A model generated the notes under the pieces. That model was not told the origin of the DNA. It did no database searches and saw only the letters and a list, made by a program, of their open reading frames with translations. Of a stretch of 64,000 bases of DNA, positions 41,198 to 50,289 are shown one piece after another. Every line of letters begins with the position of its first letter. The stretch's first letter is position 1. The translations under genes and the position numbers were made by a program. This DNA comes from Candidatus Woesearchaeota archaeon (GTDB lineage Archaea; Nanobdellota; Nanobdellia; Woesearchaeales; UBA10216): assembly GCA_016188155.1 (NCBI GenBank), contig JACPIH010000002.1, forward strand, positions 68,655 to 132,654, in the 5' to 3' direction.

Positions 41198-41302
41198 TCA
41201 CCTCAGGTAGTATGCAATTATTTCAAATGCCTTCACCCAGTAGTAGGCGAGAAAAACAATAACCATCCATAACAACGCAAGAACTAAGCCAGCCCTTTTC
41301 AT
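41198..41302 (-). CDS. 34-aa single-TM peptide, in frame with the downstream GT-C gene
   Basis: Manual translation MKRAGLVLALLWMVIVFLAYYWVKAFEIIAYYLR*; TATA-like element upstream on the minus strand. Confidence 0.55.
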   Translation of the reverse strand: MKRAGLVLALLWMVIVFLAYYWVKAFEIIAYYLR

Positions 41303-41444
41303 TTCGCCTTTGGCAAGAACGGGCTTATATAAACTTAATGCTCAACTTAACGCCTGCCCGCAAAGGCAAAGGCACAAATAACTCTTTCAAGCAAGCCGGC
41401 AAAATAAATAGCTTTAAAAAGAAAAGTATTGTTCCTTTTTTGAA

Positions 41445-42494
41445 ATGGATAGGGCGAAAGCAGAAGCTATTGAAAGAATAAGGTCACAGTATTCACTCGA
41501 GCGTTTAAAACAAATGCTTGATAAATTTAGAAATTTGAAAATCCTGGTGATTGGCGATGCCATCATAGACGAGTATCATTTCACTACCCCGAAAGGCAGG
41601 GCAGTAAAGGACCCTATCCTTTCTGTCGACTACATTAAGCACGAGGCCTATGCAGGTGGAGTGTTTGCCATAGCAAACCACTTGAGTGATTTTGCAGATA
41701 GCGTTACTTTGCTTACAATGCTTGGAGACAGGGACGACAGGAAAGATTTTATTGCCAACGCACTCAACAAGAATATAGTTACTAAATTTTTTGTCAAACA
41801 AAATTCTCCTACGACAGTTAAAAAGCGGTATTTGAATGCCCTTCGAAATGAAAAGCTGTTCAAGGTCGAATACCTAAACGATGCCCCCATATCGGAGGAA
41901 CTTGAAAGAAGCATACTCAACTTCTTGATTGAGGAACTGCCTAAATTTGACTTGGTCGTGGTAGGTGATTTTGGCCACAGCCTCATTACAGAAAACATGA
42001 TAAACGTGTTGGAGGGAAAATCAAATTACATCACCGTAAACGTCCAATCCAATAGTGCAAATCTCGGTTTTAACTTTGTTACAAAGTATAAATCCCCAAA
42101 TTACGTCACTATGGACATACCTGAGCTTCAATATGCCGTGTCTGACAGATTCAACGAAGTGCCTGTGCTGGCTGCAAAGCTTTATGCCAAGACGCGTTTC
42201 AAAAAATTTTTGGTAACAATGGGCGGGGCCGGCGCTGGCTACTTCAATGCGGGCAGACCAACATTTTTCCCTGCATTTGCGAGCAGGCCGCTGGACGTTG
42301 TTGGCGCTGGCGATGCGGTTTTTTCCATTACCTCACTGCTCGCTTACTGCAATTACGATGAGCTAATACCATTTATTGCCAATTGTGTTGGCGGCATTGC
42401 CGTTTCCTACATGGGAAACAAGGAGTACATAACAAAAAAGAAGCTGCTTGACTTTATTGAGCAAGTTTACAACGGGGATGTTCATATGCAGTAA
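41445..42494 (+). CDS. PfkB-family sugar kinase (HldE/RfaE kinase domain-like)
   Basis: VIGDAIIDEY, GDFGH and DVVGAGDA (PfkB signature). Confidence 0.88.
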   Translation: MDRAKAEAIERIRSQYSLERLKQMLDKFRNLKILVIGDAIIDEYHFTTPKGRAVKDPILSVDYIKHEAYAGGVFAIANHLSDFADSVTLLTMLGDRDDRKDFIANALNKNIVTKFFVKQNSPTTVKKRYLNALRNEKLFKVEYLNDAPISEELERSILNFLIEELPKFDLVVVGDFGHSLITENMINVLEGKSNYITVNVQSNSANLGFNFVTKYKSPNYVTMDIPELQYAVSDRFNEVPVLAAKLYAKTRFKKFLVTMGGAGAGYFNAGRPTFFPAFASRPLDVVGAGDAVFSITSLLAYCNYDELIPFIANCVGGIAVSYMGNKEYITKKKLLDFIEQVYNGDVHMQ

Positions 42495-42531
42495 AATATG
42501 CAGTAAACAGAACGTTATCAACTGCTTGGTT

Positions 42532-43623
42532 TCAGAAAGGCCCTGTGAAGCTCGGGTCTGGCACGTCCAGATATTTTGGCTCTTTTTTCTCTTCTTCTTC
42601 AATAAGCTCCCCTGCTTTGTCGCGTTTTCCAACCATTTCGCAGGCTGTTTTTATGACATCGGTGTGCCTCGGATAATAGTAGTTGGCAAGTGCCGGCGTG
42701 GATGGCGTTGGTATGTCGGGGGATGTGATTCTGCGGGGAGCGACAATCATATGGTCAAACGCCTCTTCTGAAACTCGCGCTACGACATCTCCTGCAAGGC
42801 CTACAGAGTAATAGCCCGAGTCTGCAACTAGCAAGCGCCCTGTTTTTTTGACTGATTCAATGATTTTTCCGTAATCAAGCGGCTTTACAGTTCGGATGTC
42901 TATGACCTCTGCTGATATCCCTGCTTTTTCCAAAACGGTTGCAGCCCTCAAAGCCTCCACAGCCATGTAGGAGGTTGCCGCTATTGTAATGTCGGTTCCT
43001 TTTCGTATCACGCTTGCCGCACCAAGAGGGACTGTGTAGGGCTCCTGAGGCACATACCCTGTCATGCTGTGCAGCCACCTGTGCTCTATGAATATTACCG
43101 GGTTGTTGTCCTGTATGCTTGCCATTAATAGGCCTTTGGCATCGTGTGCCGTGCTTGGCATCACTACCTTTAATCCTGGTATGTGGGCCAGAATGGCTTG
43201 CAGGTTTTGCGAGTGCTGGGCTCCCTGTCCCCAGCCCCTTCCGATTACTGCCCTGATTACCAAGGGGACCTTCATTTGGCCGCCAAACATGTAGTGCCAC
43301 TTTGCAGCGTTATTGACAAGCTGGTCCATCGCCAGCAGCAAGAAGTCAATGCGCTGGTGCACCATTATGGGCCTCATGCCCTGAATTGCAGCTCCTATGC
43401 AAACGCCGGTGACTCCCCCTTCTGATAGCGGCATGTCCAGCACCCTCATTTTGCCGTACTTTTCGCGCAGGCCCTTGGTTGTGCCGAAAACGTGTTTCGG
43501 GTCGGGAACGCCCTCGCCGATAATGAAAACAGAAGGATCCTCTTCCATGCTTTGGTCTATTGCTTCCTGTATCGCTGCAGCATAAGTTATTTCTCTTGTC
43601 CGCTCAACGTCTCTTTCAGCCAT
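42532..43623 (-). CDS. 2-oxoacid dehydrogenase E1 beta-like TPP subunit
   Basis: DMPLSE, GWGQGAQHSQ, PGLKVVMP, FIEHR and EVIDIRT. Confidence 0.92.
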   Translation of the reverse strand: MAERDVERTREITYAAAIQEAIDQSMEEDPSVFIIGEGVPDPKHVFGTTKGLREKYGKMRVLDMPLSEGGVTGVCIGAAIQGMRPIMVHQRIDFLLLAMDQLVNNAAKWHYMFGGQMKVPLVIRAVIGRGWGQGAQHSQNLQAILAHIPGLKVVMPSTAHDAKGLLMASIQDNNPVIFIEHRWLHSMTGYVPQEPYTVPLGAASVIRKGTDITIAATSYMAVEALRAATVLEKAGISAEVIDIRTVKPLDYGKIIESVKKTGRLLVADSGYYSVGLAGDVVARVSEEAFDHMIVAPRRITSPDIPTPSTPALANYYYPRHTDVIKTACEMVGKRDKAGELIEEEEKKEPKYLDVPDPSFTGPF

Positions 43624-43662
43624 TTTCCAAAACTTTAATGTATGTTGCTTGTGGTTGTTTGC

Positions 43663-44640
43663 TCAATCGGCATAAAGGTACTCGTGAAGGGCGCGTTTTT
43701 CCGGGAAGGGGCTTTTTTTGGCGAATGCTACGGCCTCTTCAACCTCTCGCATGATTTCCAAGTCTAGCTTTTCTAGCTCTTCCCCTGTTGCTACCTTTTT
43801 CGTGAGCATGGCTTCTTTAAATCTTTTAATTGGGCATTTCTCCATCCACTCCAGAATTTCCCTTTCAGAGCGGTAACCAAGGTCTTTGTCTTCGTTTGGG
43901 CCACAATGCTCCAGCCACCTGTAAGTTGAGAATTCTATAAATGCCGGGCCGGTGCCTGATCTTATGTTTGCAATGGCTTTTTTTGTAGTTTCATATACCG
44001 CAATGACATCATTGCCGTCTGCCCGATAAGTTTGTATGGCGTGGGCCTCTGCCAGTTTGCCTATTTCCCTGTTAGGCTGCCTTTCTGGCAGGGAGGTTTG
44101 GCAGGCGTAGAGGTTATTTTCGCATACAAACAACACAGGCAGTTTGTGCAGCGAAGAAAAATTTAGGGCTTCGTGGAATACCCCCTCCTCCACTGCCGAG
44201 TCTCCAAAAAAGGCGACTGAAATGCCTGGCTTGTTTTGCGCTTTCAATGCGAAAGCAATTCCCACGGCAACTGGTATTGTGCCGGCAACCAATGGGGTCG
44301 CGGCTATGAAATTCACAGCCAGGTCTATCAGGTGCATTGAGCCTCCTCTTCCCTTTGAACAGCCTGTTGCTTTTCCGTAAAGTTCAGCAAGCATGCCTTT
44401 CAGGCTTCCCCCTTTTGCAAGGTAATGCCCATGGGCGCGGTGGTTCGAAAAGACACAGTCTTCCTTGACCAAGTTTAGGCATACCCCTGCGGAAACGGCT
44501 TCCTGCCCTATGCACAGGTGAGTTGGGCACCTCATCTCCTGTTCATGATAAAGCTCAACAATTTTCTCTTCTGCTCTTCTGATCAAAAGCATACTTTTGT
44601 AAAGTTCAATCAGAGTATCGTTGGAGAACTGATTTTCCAT
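43663..44640 (-). CDS. 2-oxoacid dehydrogenase E1 alpha-like TPP subunit
   Basis: HLCIGQEA, HRAHGH, GRGGSMH, FFGDSA..ENN and TYRWLEHCG. Confidence 0.92.
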   Translation of the reverse strand: MENQFSNDTLIELYKSMLLIRRAEEKIVELYHEQEMRCPTHLCIGQEAVSAGVCLNLVKEDCVFSNHRAHGHYLAKGGSLKGMLAELYGKATGCSKGRGGSMHLIDLAVNFIAATPLVAGTIPVAVGIAFALKAQNKPGISVAFFGDSAVEEGVFHEALNFSSLHKLPVLFVCENNLYACQTSLPERQPNREIGKLAEAHAIQTYRADGNDVIAVYETTKKAIANIRSGTGPAFIEFSTYRWLEHCGPNEDKDLGYRSEREILEWMEKCPIKRFKEAMLTKKVATGEELEKLDLEIMREVEEAVAFAKKSPFPEKRALHEYLYAD

Positions 44641-44705
44641 TTTGCTGTCGGCACGGCATAGTCTTTAAAAATCTTGTGCTGGTGCAACAATGAGATTGGC
44701 AGGGC

Positions 44706-45077
44706 TTAAACAGTTGAATAAGCCAGGAGACTTACGCCCAGAATTATGCTTGAAATGCCAAGCCACTTGAACCTGTTCATCCTTTCCCTGAGGAACTTCA
44801 TTGAAAGCAGAGAGACCCAGATGTAAGTAAGGGAGGTAATCGGATAAACCAAGGAAAGGCTCGCATTCTTCAAGGCCCACAGGTAAACAGGGGTTGGAGC
44901 TGCGTAAAGGAACACGCCAACAAGAAGGTTTGTATTTTTTATAATGCCTCGCAGTTGCTTAAGAATATCAATGGAAAGCGAAAACTCTGAAGCGCCTTTC
45001 TTAAAGAACAAGGCCCCAAACGCTGCTGTAACCGTAAAGACAGCTACAATCCCCGCAACCACTATTGTTTCAACCAT
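44706..45077 (-). CDS. Small DMT/EamA membrane protein (ArnE/ArnF-like flippase subunit)
   Basis: Four TM segments, LSLVYPITSLTYIW and FLRE. Confidence 0.8.
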   Translation of the reverse strand: MVETIVVAGIVAVFTVTAAFGALFFKKGASEFSLSIDILKQLRGIIKNTNLLVGVFLYAAPTPVYLWALKNASLSLVYPITSLTYIWVSLLSMKFLRERMNRFKWLGISSIILGVSLLAYSTV

Positions 45078-45429
45078 GCTCAGCACCGTAACCAACAAGG
45101 CTCACTCCAAGAACTATAAAGCCAACTCCAGCCCAGCTTATCAGCGGCAGCCTCTCGCTAAAAAAGAAAAAAGCTACAAGAGCAACCCATATGTAGCTTA
45201 AACCAATGAAAGGGTAAACAACTGAAAGTTCTGCGCGCTTCAAGGCACACATGAGCAGGATTGCCGCTATGAGGTAAAAAAACAATCCAATAAGAACAGG
45301 ATAGTTTGTAATAAGAGCTAAAGGCTCAAGCCTCAGCGAACCAGCGCCAAGCTTGTACAGGTACTGCCCTGCTGTTGAAAAAACGGTGAACAGAACCATT
45401 AACACAATGGCAAAAGACCTTGTTTTCAT
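45070..45429 (-). CDS. Small DMT/EamA membrane protein (ArnE/ArnF-like flippase subunit)
   Basis: Four TM segments, GQYLYK, ELSVVYPFIGLSYIW and FSE. Confidence 0.82.
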   Translation of the reverse strand: MKTRSFAIVLMVLFTVFSTAGQYLYKLGAGSLRLEPLALITNYPVLIGLFFYLIAAILLMCALKRAELSVVYPFIGLSYIWVALVAFFFFSERLPLISWAGVGFIVLGVSLVGYGAEHG

Positions 45430-45441
45430 ATAGCACCAAAT

Positions 45442-46548
45442 TCATGTAAGGCCGGAATAGAAGCTCCTTACTGCGTCGCATACAACTTCAAGCTCCTCAT
45501 CCGACAATTCCGGATAAATGGGGAGGCTCAATATTCTCTTAGCCTGAGCTTCTGCTACGGGAAAATTCCCCTCCTTGTACCCCAGCAGAGAGGCAGCCTC
45601 CTGCAAGTGGATAGGAATAGGATAATGCACCTTAGTTTCAACACCCAGCTTTAACAGGTGCTGCATCATCTCATTCCGCCTTTCGCACTGCACAATAAAC
45701 GTGTGGTACACTGGCTCTTCACCTTGCGCATCAACAGGAACCTTCACAACACCGTGCAATCTTTCCCTATACATGGCCGCCATTTCCCTTTTTCTCCTAT
45801 TCCAGCCATCGAGGTACCTAAGTTTAACGTTGAGGATAGCAGCCTGCAGATTATCCAGCCTTGAATTATAACCCCACATCTCGCATTCATCCCTGTTTTT
45901 CAATCCGTGGTTCCTGATTTTCACCAACTTTTCATAAAGGGCTGTATCGTTTGTGGTTATAGCGCCTCCGTCCCCGTATGCGTTAAGCGTTTTCAGGGGA
46001 TGAAAACTGAAACATCCGGCAATCCCAAAAGAGCCTGCCTTTTTGCCATTATATGAAGCCCCTACTGACTGCGCCGCATCTTCGATGACGTAAAGGCCAT
46101 GCCGCTTTGCAATATCCAGTATGGCACTCATGTCTGCCGGCCTTCCGGTAAGGTGAACAGGCATTATTGCCTTCGTCCTTCCCGTAATAGCCTCTTCTAT
46201 TTTATTCGGATCTATATTGTAATCATCCCTGACGTCGGCAAAAACAGGCTTTGCACCAGCGGCAATTATTGCCCCAGCAGTTGCCAGAAAAGAATTAGGT
46301 GCGGTTATCACCTCATCACCGCGGCCAATGCCTAACGCCTTCATAACCAGAAACAAGGCATCTGTTCCGTTAGCAACGCCAACTGCGTATCTGCAGCCGC
46401 AGTAGCTGGCGAAATTTTGTTCGAACTCTTTCAGCTCATTCCCGAGAATAAAGCTTCCAGATTGACAAACGTCATCTATTTTTTTGAGAATTTCATCCCT
46501 CAGCGAGTTAAACTGGGCCGCTATATTTACAAATTTAACTGTTTTCAT
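45442..46548 (-). CDS. DegT/DnrJ/EryC1/StrS aminotransferase
   Basis: NGTDAL, EDAAQS, FSFHPLKTLNAYGDGG and NSRLD. Confidence 0.95.
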   Translation of the reverse strand: MKTVKFVNIAAQFNSLRDEILKKIDDVCQSGSFILGNELKEFEQNFASYCGCRYAVGVANGTDALFLVMKALGIGRGDEVITAPNSFLATAGAIIAAGAKPVFADVRDDYNIDPNKIEEAITGRTKAIMPVHLTGRPADMSAILDIAKRHGLYVIEDAAQSVGASYNGKKAGSFGIAGCFSFHPLKTLNAYGDGGAITTNDTALYEKLVKIRNHGLKNRDECEMWGYNSRLDNLQAAILNVKLRYLDGWNRRKREMAAMYRERLHGVVKVPVDAQGEEPVYHTFIVQCERRNEMMQHLLKLGVETKVHYPIPIHLQEAASLLGYKEGNFPVAEAQAKRILSLPIYPELSDEELEVVCDAVRSFYSGLT

Positions 46549-47642
46549 CTGAAAAACTCCTTCACTTTTTGAATGACGTACTCCTTCTGTTCGCCAGTAA
46601 GATGCTGATGGACAGGCAGCGAAATAATGTGGTCTGCCTGGTATTCTGTTGCTGGAAAGTCTCCTTTGACATAACCGAGGTATTCGCTTGCTTTTTGCAA
46701 ATGAAGCGGAATTGGGTAATGAACCTTAGCATCTATTCCTTGTTCCATAAGAAATTTAAGCAGCTTATCCCTATTTTTCACCATAATCACGTAATTATGA
46801 AACACATTTTTGTAACCCTTCCTTCTTGGAGGAATGGTAATGTCCGGTATCTTTGAAAATTCGTCATCATATAGCTTGGCATTTTCAATCTTGGCATTTA
46901 TAATCCAGTCAACATGCCTGATAAGGTGGTTGCCAACAACAGCATGAAGGGTGTCCAGCCTGCTATTGTAGGCATAAAACTCGCATTCGTCACGGCTTAT
47001 CAGCCCGTGGTTTCTAAGAAGCAACAATTTACCCCTCATCTTTTCCGAGCTTGTTACGACCATACCTCCATCTCCCCAAACGTTTATCGGTTTAAGGGGA
47101 TGAAAACTGAAGCAGCCTGTCACTCCAAAAGAGCCAACCTTCTTGCCATTTACCTCGGCGCCAATTGCCTGACATGCATCCTCTACCACAGGAATGGCAT
47201 GCTTTTTAGAAAGCAGCATTATCTTTTCCATGTCTGCAGGGCACCCATTTAAATGCACCGGGATAATTGCCTTGGTTTCCCCAGTTATTGCCGCTTCAAT
47301 AAGGCCGGCATTTAGTGTGTAGTTATCATCTACATCAACAAAAACAGGTCTTGCACCAACAGTCGCGATTGCTCCAGCCGTAGCATAAAAAGAATTTGCA
47401 GCAGTAATAATCTCATCGCCTGAACCAACTCCCAACGCGATTAGCGAAAGCCTCAGCGCATCAGTGCCGCTACCAACACCAACGCCGTACTTTGTTTGAA
47501 TCACCGCAGAAAAATTTTCCTCGAATTTTTCAAGTTCCCTGCCAAGGGTAAAATCACCGCTTTTAACAAGTTTTCTTATGTCACTAAGTATCAAATCCGG
47601 ATTATTAAACTGCTCCTTAAGGTACGAATAGCCAACCTCCAT
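46545..47642 (-). CDS. DegT/DnrJ/EryC1/StrS aminotransferase (tandem paralogue)
   Basis: SGTDAL, EDACQA, FSFHPLKPINVWGDGG and NSRLD. Confidence 0.95.
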   Translation of the reverse strand: MEVGYSYLKEQFNNPDLILSDIRKLVKSGDFTLGRELEKFEENFSAVIQTKYGVGVGSGTDALRLSLIALGVGSGDEIITAANSFYATAGAIATVGARPVFVDVDDNYTLNAGLIEAAITGETKAIIPVHLNGCPADMEKIMLLSKKHAIPVVEDACQAIGAEVNGKKVGSFGVTGCFSFHPLKPINVWGDGGMVVTSSEKMRGKLLLLRNHGLISRDECEFYAYNSRLDTLHAVVGNHLIRHVDWIINAKIENAKLYDDEFSKIPDITIPPRRKGYKNVFHNYVIMVKNRDKLLKFLMEQGIDAKVHYPIPLHLQKASEYLGYVKGDFPATEYQADHIISLPVHQHLTGEQKEYVIQKVKEFFR

Positions 47643-47753
47643 CGGTTACGGGCGATTACGCTTCGTATATTAATCTTTTGGTTAGCATTGGAAAAAACAA
47701 AAGCTTTTAATAAGATAATTTGGCGAACATGCCCAAATGGAAAGGGGGCATTT

Positions 47754-48536
47754 ATGAAGAAATCAAAAATAGCATCGGTAGCGACAGATGCGCGTAGAGG
47801 CAGCAAGGCTGCCTCTAAATCGTTGTCCGTCATTATCCCAGTATACAATGAAGAAAAAAACTTGGCAAATGCTGCTAAGACGATAAACTCAGCAGTGAAG
47901 AAGTTCTTCTATGATTACGAACTAATAATCCTCAATGACGCAAGCACAGATAAAACGGCAGCAATCGCAACCGCATTAGCCAAAAAGGATTCAAAAATAA
48001 GATTTGTTGATTTTAAAATAAATCGTGGATTCGGAGCAATGTATAGGGAAGGCGTTACACGGGCAAAAAAGGAGTACCTTATGATGGTTCCGGGTGATAA
48101 CGAGATTCTTGGCGAGTCGATAGAAAACATACTGTCACACACTGGAGAAGCCGACGTAGTGCTCTCCTACACGGTAAACAAGGAAGCAAGACCACTGTTA
48201 AGGCAGGTAGTGTCCACTTTTTTTACTAGCCTCCTAAATTTTTTATTCGGCTTCAAGCTTAAATACTACATAGGCATGGTCTTATATAAAACAGCCCTTG
48301 TACAAAATGTGAAAATGACAACGAACAGCTTTGCATTTCAGGCGGAGATCCTGATTCGCCTGCTTAAAAGCGGCTATTCGTACAAAGAGGTTCCCATGAT
48401 GATAAGGCAATATAAAGGTTCACTGAAAAACCTTTTTCGGATTAAGAACTTAATTGGCGTGTTAGTGACTGTATTGCGGCTGCTTTTTGACGTATACATC
48501 CGCAAGGAAACAACATTGGGAAAAACTCAGCTTTAA
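47754..48536 (+). CDS. GT2 polyprenol-phosphate glycosyltransferase (DPM1/ArnC-like)
   Basis: IPVYNEE, NDASTD and NRGFG; GGGGG RBS before ATG 47754. Confidence 0.88.
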   Translation: MKKSKIASVATDARRGSKAASKSLSVIIPVYNEEKNLANAAKTINSAVKKFFYDYELIILNDASTDKTAAIATALAKKDSKIRFVDFKINRGFGAMYREGVTRAKKEYLMMVPGDNEILGESIENILSHTGEADVVLSYTVNKEARPLLRQVVSTFFTSLLNFLFGFKLKYYIGMVLYKTALVQNVKMTTNSFAFQAEILIRLLKSGYSYKEVPMMIRQYKGSLKNLFRIKNLIGVLVTVLRLLFDVYIRKETTLGKTQL

Positions 48537-48543
48537 ACTGAAT

Positions 48544-49476
48544 TTAATTATGCCTAAACCATTCAATCGTGCGCTTCAGGCCAGCGTCAACGCTTACCTT
48601 CGGCTGCCAGTTAAGCAGTTTCTTTGCCTTGGAAATGTCAGGGCATCTTGTCTTAGGGTCATCAACAGGCAAAGGCTTGAATGTTATCTTGCTGCCGCTG
48701 CCGGTAAGTTTCAAAATCTTCCCTGCAAACTCCAAAACAGTGTACTCATCAGGATTGCCAAGGTTAATAGGCTCACTAGCCTTTGACAGCATCAGCCGGT
48801 AAATACCCTCAACAAGATCGGTCACGTAACAAAAGCTTCTGGTCTGGGAGCCGTCACCAAAAACAGTAAGTGGCTTTCCTGAAAGGGCCTGCGTAATGAA
48901 AGCGGGAACAACACGGCCATCATTTTTGCGCATGCACTCACCATAAGTGTTGAAAATCCTGGCTATTTTCGTGTCCGTTTTATGAACGCGGTGGTAAGCC
49001 ATTGTGAGCGCCTCTGCAAACCTCTTTGCCTCATCGTAAACACCCCTGGGCCCGATAGGGTTAACATTGCCCCAGTAGCTTTCAGGCTGGGGATGAACAA
49101 GAGGATCACCGTAGACCTCTGAGGTTGAAGCAAGAAGAAAAACAGCCTTCTTAACCTTTGCCAAGCCAAGCATGTTATGAGTTCCCAAACTCCCAACTTT
49201 CAGCGTCTGGATAGGAAAAGCCGCATAATCAAAAGGCGATGCAGGACTAGCAAAATGAAGCACGTAATGAACAGGCTCTGGTATCTCAATGGGCTTCGTA
49301 ACATCATGGTTAATGAAAACAAAATCGCTGTTGCCCTTAAATTCAGTTATGTTCCTGCCGCTCCCGGTAAGGAAATTGTCAACGCAGACAACCCTGAAGC
49401 CCTTATCCAAAAGAAACCTGCACAAATGGCTGCCAATAAAACCGGCTCCGCCAGTAACGAGAACAGTTTTCTTCAT
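48544..49476 (-). CDS. UDP-glucuronate decarboxylase (UDP-xylose synthase)
   Basis: [34 protein letters not shown] and [10 protein letters not shown]. Confidence 0.93.
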   Translation of the reverse strand: MKKTVLVTGGAGFIGSHLCRFLLDKGFRVVCVDNFLTGSGRNITEFKGNSDFVFINHDVTKPIEIPEPVHYVLHFASPASPFDYAAFPIQTLKVGSLGTHNMLGLAKVKKAVFLLASTSEVYGDPLVHPQPESYWGNVNPIGPRGVYDEAKRFAEALTMAYHRVHKTDTKIARIFNTYGECMRKNDGRVVPAFITQALSGKPLTVFGDGSQTRSFCYVTDLVEGIYRLMLSKASEPINLGNPDEYTVLEFAGKILKLTGSGSKITFKPLPVDDPKTRCPDISKAKKLLNWQPKVSVDAGLKRTIEWFRHN

Positions 49477-49529
49477 TTTTGTTTTATTTATTCGTATGTT
49501 TTTAACCTTTGCTACTGCAGCTTATTCTG

Positions 49530-50282
49530 CTAAGGCTCAAACTCCTTCCTCGCCGCTTCAAGCGCCTCAATCCAGCCTATGTCAAACCACTTTTCAGTGT
49601 AAACGTGGCCAAGGACCTTCTCAAGCTTCATAAGCCACACAAGGAAAAAGCCCATCTTGTCAGGGCTGTTCTTTTCCGCAATGTATTTTTTAACCAAGTT
49701 AAGCTTTTGCTGCGGAAAAAAATAAATGCCCAAAGAGATCAAAGTGGATTTTGGCATAGGAGATTTTTCCATAAACTCAACAAACTCGTTAGTCAGCTCA
49801 TCAATCACGACGCTTCCAGATTCTCTCGCAGCCTTGTAAGATTTTGACTCATACAGCGGATTCAATATCTGCTTCTGCCGCATGAAAACATTGTAAGCAG
49901 GAAGAAGAGAGAAATTGAACAAGTTGTCTCCAGCAACAACAAGAAGGCCATCATCGATACCTTCCCTTTCCATAACGAAATGTATGTCCCCAACCTGGCC
50001 AAGGCGGTCATCATTGGATGCTGTGCCATCATTAACCAGCTTGATTGGAACTGGAAAGTTCGCCTTTATCTCAACCAGCCAGTCCTCAAACAAGGGATAA
50101 AACTTTGCATTTGTGACAATAAAGATTTCATCAACCTCAGGAATCTCGGAAATCTTTCCAACAATGTGCTCAACAATTGGCTTCCCCTTAACCTCAAGAA
50201 GCGGCTTCGGGATGTCTTTGGTCAATGGCCACAAGCGGGAGGCATAACCGGCAGCTGTAATTATTGCTTTGATACAAATCAC
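49530..50282 (-). CDS. Sugar-phosphate nucleotidyltransferase
   Basis: AAGYASRLWPLT, PKPLL, AGDNLF, EK and WFDIG. Confidence 0.9.
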   Translation of the reverse strand: MICIKAIITAAGYASRLWPLTKDIPKPLLEVKGKPIVEHIVGKISEIPEVDEIFIVTNAKFYPLFEDWLVEIKANFPVPIKLVNDGTASNDDRLGQVGDIHFVMEREGIDDGLLVVAGDNLFNFSLLPAYNVFMRQKQILNPLYESKSYKAARESGSVVIDELTNEFVEFMEKSPMPKSTLISLGIYFFPQQKLNLVKKYIAEKNSPDKMGFFLVWLMKLEKVLGHVYTEKWFDIGWIEALEAARKEFEP

Positions 50283-50289
50283 CCCTCAT

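Noticed and set aside
41198..41200. Genome-wide TGA recoding (Trp, Gly or Sec)
   Set aside because: Many conserved genes here end properly at TGA (e.g. ATGA overlaps at 7297, 9137 and 16961) and none has an internal TGA.
42532..44640. Central-metabolism pyruvate dehydrogenase complex
   Set aside because: No E2 or E3 adjacent and the pair is embedded among sugar genes, so it was called only E1-like.
26346..47642. Aminoglycoside/aminocyclitol or phosphonate antibiotic cluster
   Set aside because: BtrN-like, DegT and dehydrogenase genes are present, but no 2-deoxy-scyllo-inosose synthase, sugar-phosphate cyclase or PEP mutase is in the window; flippase and GT context favours surface glycan.
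47496..47753. N-terminal extension of the GT2 in the ORF track
   Set aside because: Overlaps the DegT gene on the other strand; the RBS and paralogue alignment favour ATG 47754.
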